Assembly (NCBI GenBank): GCA_963708075.1
Contig: OY970194.1
Span: 2,944,001-3,008,000, forward strand
Direction: 5' to 3'
DNA from: Sedimentisphaerales bacterium
GTDB taxonomy: Bacteria > Planctomycetota > Phycisphaerae > Sedimentisphaerales > Anaerobacaceae
DNA: 64,000 nucleotides
The notes under the pieces are model-generated. The model worked only from the letters and a program-made list of their open reading frames with translations, was not told where the DNA came from and searched no databases. This document shows positions 58,761 through 64,000 of the stretch, one piece after another. Within the stretch, counting starts at the first letter, position 1, and each line of letters opens with the position of its first letter. The position numbers and the translations under genes are program-made.

Positions 58761-60860
58761 TTACCGCATGAAGAGCATCTCGGCGTAGCTGGGCAGCGGC
58801 CAGAGGCGGGCATCGACAATGGTTTCGAGCTCGTCGGCGGTCGCTCTCAGGGCGGCCATGGCGGGGATCACCGCCTCATGGTAGCTCTCAGCCTGCTTCT
58901 GGGCGCCCTTGGTCTTGGCGGCTTTGGCCGTCGCCTGCTCCAGGGCTTCGACATGGCTTTGCATCGCCGTGATCAGGTCGCAGACCCGCGTGAGCAGGGC
59001 TTTCTGCGTTCCCGCGTTGACGCCGGCCTCGGAGACGGAGGTAACGGCCTTGCCCAGCCGGCGCGAGTACTCGCAGCAGGCGGGCAGGATCTGACGCTTC
59101 GCCATGCTCAGCATCGTCATGGCCTCCACGTGGATCTGCCGGCTGTAGACTTCGAGCAGGATTTCCGTGCGGGCTTCCAACTCCTGCTCGGTGAGCACGC
59201 CGTGCTTCGTGAACAGCGCCACGTTCTCCTTGGATGGGACGGTCTTGAGCGACTCGGGCGTCGAGCGAATGTTCCCCAATCCGCGACGCTCGGCCTCCGC
59301 CACCCATTCCGCACTGTAGTTATCGCCATTGAACACGATCCGGGCATGCTTGACCGCGACATCCTGCAGGATCTTCTGCGCGGCGGCTTGCACGTCACCG
59401 GCCTTCTCCAGCACATCGGCAATGTCGCTCAGGGCATCGGCTACGATCGTATTGAGGGTGAAGCTCGGCCCGGACACCGATTGCGACGAGCCTACCATGC
59501 GGAACTCGAACTTGTTGCCGGTAAACGCGAACGGCGACGTCCGGTTGCGGTCGGTGCTGTCCTTCGGCAATGGCGGCAGGGTCGAGACGCCGAGCTTGAG
59601 CTCCCCGCCCCGCTTGCTGCTCTTGGCGGTGCCCTTGACCAGTTGCTCGAAGATATCCGTCAGTTGCTCGCCGAGGAAGATCGACACGATCGCCGGCGGG
59701 GCCTCGTTGGCGCCGAGGCGGTGTTCGTTGCCCGCGTTGGCGACGCTCGCGCGAAGCAGCCCGGCGTATTTATCGACGGCAGTGACGACGGCACAGAGCA
59801 TTACCAGAAAGACCATGTTGTCGTGCGGCGTATCGCCCGGGTCGAGCAGGTTGGCCCCGGTGTCGGTAGCCATACTCCAGTTGTTGTGCTTTCCCGAGCC
59901 GTTGACGCCCGCGAACGGCTTCTCGTGCAGCAGGCACACGAACCCGTGCCGGCGAGCGACCTTCTGCAACGTGTCCATCGTCAACTGGTTGTGGTCGGCG
60001 GCCATGTTGATCGTGGAGAACACCGGCGCCAGCTCGTATTGAGCGGGAGCAACCTCATTGTGTTGCGTCTTGGCGGTGACCCCGAGCTTCCACAGCTCGT
60101 TGTTGACCTCGTTCATGAAGTTCGCCACGCGCTCGTGCAGGGACCCGAAGTAGTGGTCCTCCAACTCCTGGCCACGAGGCGGCTTGGCGCCGAAGAGCGT
60201 CCGGCCCGCCAGAATCAGGTCCAGCCGCTTCGTGTAGAACGATTGGTCAATCAGGAAATACTCCTGCTCGGGCCCCATGGTCGCGGTCACCCGGCGCACT
60301 GTCGTATTGCCCATCGCTCTCAGGACGCGCACCGCCTGCCTGCTCAGGGCATCCATGGAACGCAGCAGCGGCGTCTTCTTATCCAGTGCTTCGCCCCGGT
60401 AGGAGCAGAAGGCGCTGGGGATGTACAGCGTGATATTCTTGCCGTCCTCTTTGACAAAGACCGGCGAGGTGCAGTCCCAGGCGGTATAGCCGCGGGCCTC
60501 GAAGGTCGCGCGGAGTCCGCCGGAGGGGAAGGAAGACGCGTCGGGCTCGCCCTGGGTCAGCTCCTTGCCGCTGAATTCCATGATGGTCCTGCCGTCGGGC
60601 GTCGGCGAGATGAACGCATCGTGCTTCTCCGCCGTCAGGCCGGTCATCGGCTGGAACCAATGGCAAAAGTGCGTGGCGCCCTTGCTGATCGCCCAGTCTT
60701 TCATAGCGTTGGCGATCACATCGGCCGTCACCCGATCGAGCGGCTGCTCGCCATCCAGTGTCCTCTTGAGAGACTTGAACACGTTTTTCGGCAGGCATTC
60801 CCGCATCGTCGCTTCGTTGAACACATTGCGACCGAATTCACCTGTCAAGCAGACTGACAT
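58761..60860 (-). CDS. glnA: Glutamine synthetase type III
   Basis: GATHFCHWFQPMTGLTAEKHD, GEPDASSFPSGGLRATFEARGYTAWD, HNEVAPAQYE, HEKPFAGVNGSGKHNNWS, DRNRTSPFAFTGNKFEFR; RBS GAGGAG. Confidence 0.97.
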   Translation of the reverse strand: MSVCLTGEFGRNVFNEATMRECLPKNVFKSLKRTLDGEQPLDRVTADVIANAMKDWAISKGATHFCHWFQPMTGLTAEKHDAFISPTPDGRTIMEFSGKELTQGEPDASSFPSGGLRATFEARGYTAWDCTSPVFVKEDGKNITLYIPSAFCSYRGEALDKKTPLLRSMDALSRQAVRVLRAMGNTTVRRVTATMGPEQEYFLIDQSFYTKRLDLILAGRTLFGAKPPRGQELEDHYFGSLHERVANFMNEVNNELWKLGVTAKTQHNEVAPAQYELAPVFSTINMAADHNQLTMDTLQKVARRHGFVCLLHEKPFAGVNGSGKHNNWSMATDTGANLLDPGDTPHDNMVFLVMLCAVVTAVDKYAGLLRASVANAGNEHRLGANEAPPAIVSIFLGEQLTDIFEQLVKGTAKSSKRGGELKLGVSTLPPLPKDSTDRNRTSPFAFTGNKFEFRMVGSSQSVSGPSFTLNTIVADALSDIADVLEKAGDVQAAAQKILQDVAVKHARIVFNGDNYSAEWVAEAERRGLGNIRSTPESLKTVPSKENVALFTKHGVLTEQELEARTEILLEVYSRQIHVEAMTMLSMAKRQILPACCEYSRRLGKAVTSVSEAGVNAGTQKALLTRVCDLITAMQSHVEALEQATAKAAKTKGAQKQAESYHEAVIPAMAALRATADELETIVDARLWPLPSYAEMLFMR

Positions 60861-61172
60861 CTCGTACTCCTCAATAACCCCTGGACACACTACTATCTCA
60901 TCGAAGGAATGTTCGACCCGGCGCACCAAGCTCTCATGCTATGCCCACCCTGCGGCCGTGTCAACAGAACAGTCCGGCCGGACACAGTCGAACACCCGTT
61001 CCACGTCGTCTTCCCAAAACCTGCCCTCGTGCAAAAAGGAGCGAGGCTCGTGCCGCTCGGATATCCCCAGCAGAACGACCGGCAGCCTCAAGCCCCGCCC
61101 ACAACCCAATGCCAAAGATCGCATCCGCCCGGAACCCCGGGCAGGAATATCAGCCGATTCTGCACCCTTACG

Positions 61173-61188
61173 TACAAACCGCGTGCCA
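61173..61188 (-). promoter_or_regulatory. Sigma54-type (-24/-12) promoter of glnA
   Basis: TGGCACGCGGTTTGTA; GT rather than GC at -12, as in the amtB promoter. Confidence 0.7.
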
Positions 61189-61275
61189 GACACGACCTGC
61201 AACGCAGAATTGCCGTAACACACGTCTTTTGGCACTTACAGCACAGGGTTCACGCAAGGCAGGCTGTGCAACTCC

Positions 61276-61319
61276 ATACATTTGTGTAGACTGGACAAGC
61301 AATAAGTACATTTTTGTAG
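61276..61319. promoter_or_regulatory. Tandem upstream activator sites for glnA
   Basis: ATACATTTGTGTAG (61276-61289) and GTACATTTTTGTAG (61306-61319), 30 bp apart. Confidence 0.7.
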
Positions 61320-61450
61320 TTTTCCATCTCGTTGGCGGGCTCGGCAGTGCGCGATATATTCAATGTGATGCGTGGCCCCGAGCGGATGGAAGGCAAGCGA
61401 TTTCGGCGGTGCAGAACATTCATGGCGAGGAGAACAGAACATGGCGGCTG

Positions 61451-61482
61451 AAAAAGCGGGCCCCGCCGGGTTCGGCGGGGCC
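61451..61482 (-). terminator. Intrinsic terminator after amtB-glnK
   Basis: Minus strand GGCCCCGCCG-AACC-CGGCGGGGCC-CGC-TTTTT. Confidence 0.8.
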
Positions 61483-61525
61483 GGGCACGGAATTGATGGC
61501 TCGGTTGCGACAGAGAAGCACGCGA

Positions 61526-61867
61526 CTACCCGATGGCTTCGCCGCCGCGTTCGCCGGTGCGGATGCGGATGCACTCGTGCAGGTCGAGGACGAAGATCTT
61601 GCCGTCGCCGATCTGGCCGGACTGGGCCCCTCCGCTGATCGCCTTGATCGTCTTCTCCACGAATGCCTCGTTGACGGCGATCTCCAGCTTGACCTTCCTG
61701 AGCAGACTGCCCTGCTCCTTATGGCTGCGATAAACTTCGGCGATACCTTTTTGCCGGCCCCGGCCCAGCACGTTCGAGACCGTCACCAGATGAATCTCCT
61801 CTTCCGTCAACTTCTTGAGCACTTCGTCCAGGCGATCGGGCTGAATGATGCCGATGATGTATTTCAT
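61526..61867 (-). CDS. glnK: PII nitrogen regulatory protein
   Basis: IIQPDRLDEV, GRGRQKG, KVKLEIAV, GQIGDGKIFV, IRIRTGERG; directly downstream of amtB. Confidence 0.95.
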   Translation of the reverse strand: MKYIIGIIQPDRLDEVLKKLTEEEIHLVTVSNVLGRGRQKGIAEVYRSHKEQGSLLRKVKLEIAVNEAFVEKTIKAISGGAQSGQIGDGKIFVLDLHECIRIRTGERGGEAIG

Positions 61868-61887
61868 GTGTCAGTACCCTTTCTCGT

Positions 61888-63264
61888 TTAGTCAATCACG
61901 GTGTATGCGGCTTCACGATGCAATGTCAGGTCCAGGCCCACGCGCTCCTCGTGCTCGCTGACCCGCAGGCCCATGAGGACATTGACGACCTTGAGCAATA
62001 CGAAGCCAAGCACGAGCGAGTAGACCACCGTGATGAACACGACCTTGATCTGGATCCAGAACAGCATCGGGTTGCCATAGAGCAGGCCGTCTGCACCGGC
62101 CGGGTTGACGGCTTTCGTGGCGAACAGGCCCGTGGCGATCGCGCCCCAGATGCCCCCGATGCCGTGCACGCCAAAGGCGTCCAACGTGTCATCGTAGCCC
62201 AGCGCCCCCTTGATGTACGTCACGGCCACCCAGGGAATCACCCCGGCCCCAAGGCCGATGCAGATCGCGCCGACGGGGGTCACGAACCCTGAGGCCGGCG
62301 TGATGGACACCAATCCCGCGACCATGCCGGTGATCATGCCCAGGGTCGTCGGCCTCTTGTGCTTGAGCCAGTCGAGCAACGCCCAGGTCACGCCGGCCGC
62401 GGCTGCGGCGATGTGCGTTACGGTAAACGCGCTGCCGGCCAGGCCATTCGCTCCCAGGGCACTGCCCGCGTTGAACCCGAACCAGCCGAACCATAGCAAA
62501 GCAGCCCCGAGCACCGCAAATGGCAGGTTATGCGGCGGGGACATGCCGTCCGGATAGCCCTGCCGCCGACCCAACACCAGGGCGGCCGCCAGCGCCGTCA
62601 TGCCGGCGTTGATGTGCACCACTGTGCCGCCGGCGAAATCGAGGGCACCCCACTGTCTCATGAAGCCCCCGACGCCCCAGACCCAGTGCGCCACGGGATC
62701 ATATACTAGCGTCGCCCACAGCAGCATGAACACGCACAGGGCGGAGAACTTCATCCGCTCGGCGAATGCCCCGATGATCAGCGCCGGCGTGATTACGGCG
62801 AACATCATCTGGAACATCATGAAGACTTCGTGCGGGATTGTGGCCGCATAGTCGGCGTTCGGGGTCAGCCCAACCCCATTAAGGAAGATCCACTTCAAGC
62901 CGCCGATGAAACTGCTGCCCGGGCTGAACGACAGGCTGTACCCGAACACCACCCACTGCAGGCTGATCAGGCACAGGATCATGAGGCACTGCATGAGCAC
63001 AGAGAGCATGTTCTTGCGCCGCACGAGCCCACCATAGAAGAACGCCAGCCCAGGCGTCATCAGCATGACCAGCGCGGCACTGACGAGCACCCAAGCCGTA
63101 TCGCCTGTGTCCACCGCGGACTGAGCAGGCGCCGCCGCTCCAGCCCGGTCGCCGGCGAGCGTGCAATCCACTGCGCCCGCAAGCACGAATAGACCGATTG
63201 CCGCCAGAAGCATCTTCCCCGCCCCGCCCTCTGGCAGGACGGACCATCTTCGTGTAGCCATCAT
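61888..63264 (-). CDS. amtB: Ammonium transporter
   Basis: DTGDTAWVL..LMTPGLAFFYGG, FQMMFAVITPAL, DFAGGTVVH, WFGWFGFNAGS, DDTLDAFGVHG. Confidence 0.98.
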   Translation of the reverse strand: MMATRRWSVLPEGGAGKMLLAAIGLFVLAGAVDCTLAGDRAGAAAPAQSAVDTGDTAWVLVSAALVMLMTPGLAFFYGGLVRRKNMLSVLMQCLMILCLISLQWVVFGYSLSFSPGSSFIGGLKWIFLNGVGLTPNADYAATIPHEVFMMFQMMFAVITPALIIGAFAERMKFSALCVFMLLWATLVYDPVAHWVWGVGGFMRQWGALDFAGGTVVHINAGMTALAAALVLGRRQGYPDGMSPPHNLPFAVLGAALLWFGWFGFNAGSALGANGLAGSAFTVTHIAAAAAGVTWALLDWLKHKRPTTLGMITGMVAGLVSITPASGFVTPVGAICIGLGAGVIPWVAVTYIKGALGYDDTLDAFGVHGIGGIWGAIATGLFATKAVNPAGADGLLYGNPMLFWIQIKVVFITVVYSLVLGFVLLKVVNVLMGLRVSEHEERVGLDLTLHREAAYTVID

Positions 63265-63366
63265 ACTCGTGTCCCTTTTATCATAGGCTGACTATCTTCC
63301 ATATTCCCCTTCCGCCCGACAACGCAGCGTCGGACAGGATCGTTAGCTATTACGCAAGCACACAGG

Positions 63367-63382
63367 AACAAACGGCGTGCCA
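63367..63382 (-). promoter_or_regulatory. Sigma54-type promoter of amtB-glnK
   Basis: TGGCACGCCGTTTGTT. Confidence 0.7.
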
Positions 63383-63471
63383 GAGCCCCCGGCCAGCGAC
63401 ATGTTCCTTGCAACTCCTTGCGTCTTATCGACTTATAAACACGCTTCTGCTTCAACTGGCTCCCCGCTAGT

Positions 63472-63515
63472 CTACGTTTCCGTAGGTCCGACGGGGATAT
63501 GGCACATTTTTGTAG
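63472..63515. promoter_or_regulatory. Tandem upstream activator sites for amtB
   Basis: CTACGTTTCCGTAG (63472-63485) and GCACATTTTTGTAG (63502-63515), 30 bp apart. Confidence 0.65.
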
Positions 63516-63592
63516 TTATCCCCGCCGGGCCATACTCCGCCCTCCCGTGCCGGCAGGACGAGGATCACTGCGTCAGTCTTCCAGGGGATGAT

Positions 63593-64000
63593 TTAGAAAT
63601 CGATGTCCACTTGAACCGTGAACGTATCCGCAAAGTCGTTGTTGTTGAACATATCGTACGCAAAGATGGCGGATACATTGTCGCTGAATTTCCAGGAGAA
63701 CCCGAAGTTCAGTGCGCCGTACGCGCTCTCGGTTCCCTGGTAGTCCACACACACCCAGAGCTTGTCGGTGATCTCCGTCATCACTCGTTCCCAGGCAAGC
63801 AGGACTCCATCGTTGTCTTCTTCGTCTCCATCTCTGAGCAGATCGGAATTGCCTGCGAAGTATCCGGCGGAGAACCGGCCGAGCGAGAAGTCATTGAGTT
63901 TCAGCGTCTTGGCCGCTTTGGCATAGACCACGTTGAAATTCGTCTTATCCTCTTCCGTCCCGACGTCATAGATGCCCACGGCAAACGCGGGCAGTATCTT
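63593..64000 (-). CDS. Probable outer-membrane beta-barrel protein, C-terminal part only
   Basis: Alternating amphipathic strands ending TFTVQVDIDF (C-terminal Phe beta-signal); the ORF is open at the window edge. Confidence 0.6.
   Translation of the reverse strand, partial: KILPAFAVGIYDVGTEEDKTNFNVVYAKAAKTLKLNDFSLGRFSAGYFAGNSDLLRDGDEEDNDGVLLAWERVMTEITDKLWVCVDYQGTESAYGALNFGFSWKFSDNVSAIFAYDMFNNNDFADTFTVQVDIDF

Overview
A GC-rich bacterial chromosome segment, most likely Planctomycetota/Phycisphaerae (inferred from lamin-tail/CotH proteins with dockerin-like repeats, ThuA, Tat-exported sulfatase and epimerase, and GGGTGGCA-headed REP palindromes). Housekeeping genes at the left end are dcp (partial), rpoD, dnaG, tatD, yraN and rplS. 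The right half is a nitrogen-assimilation region (gltB-gltD-carB-carA; amtB-glnK; type III glnA) with an intact ISAs1 element (20-bp IRs, 10-bp TSD) upstream of gltB. The best candidate for an undescribed system is at 9.5-16 kb: a BlaI repressor, an M56 BlaR-type sensor whose outer domain looks like a beta-trefoil rather than a penicillin-binding domain, and a secreted MACPF-motif/Gly-rich protein whose promoter carries a BlaI-type operator at the same position as in the blaI promoter. A beta-lactamase-family gene is divergent from blaI. Also notable: a shared sigma54 promoter plus paired CTACA-N4-TGTAG enhancer architecture at glnA and amtB; REP palindromes read in frame inside gltB; a secreted metal-binding protein with a long Phe/Glu/Arg repeat tail; a leaderless 26-aa membrane peptide; and five single-base frameshifts that are probably assembly errors. 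I found no rRNA, tRNA or CRISPR array.
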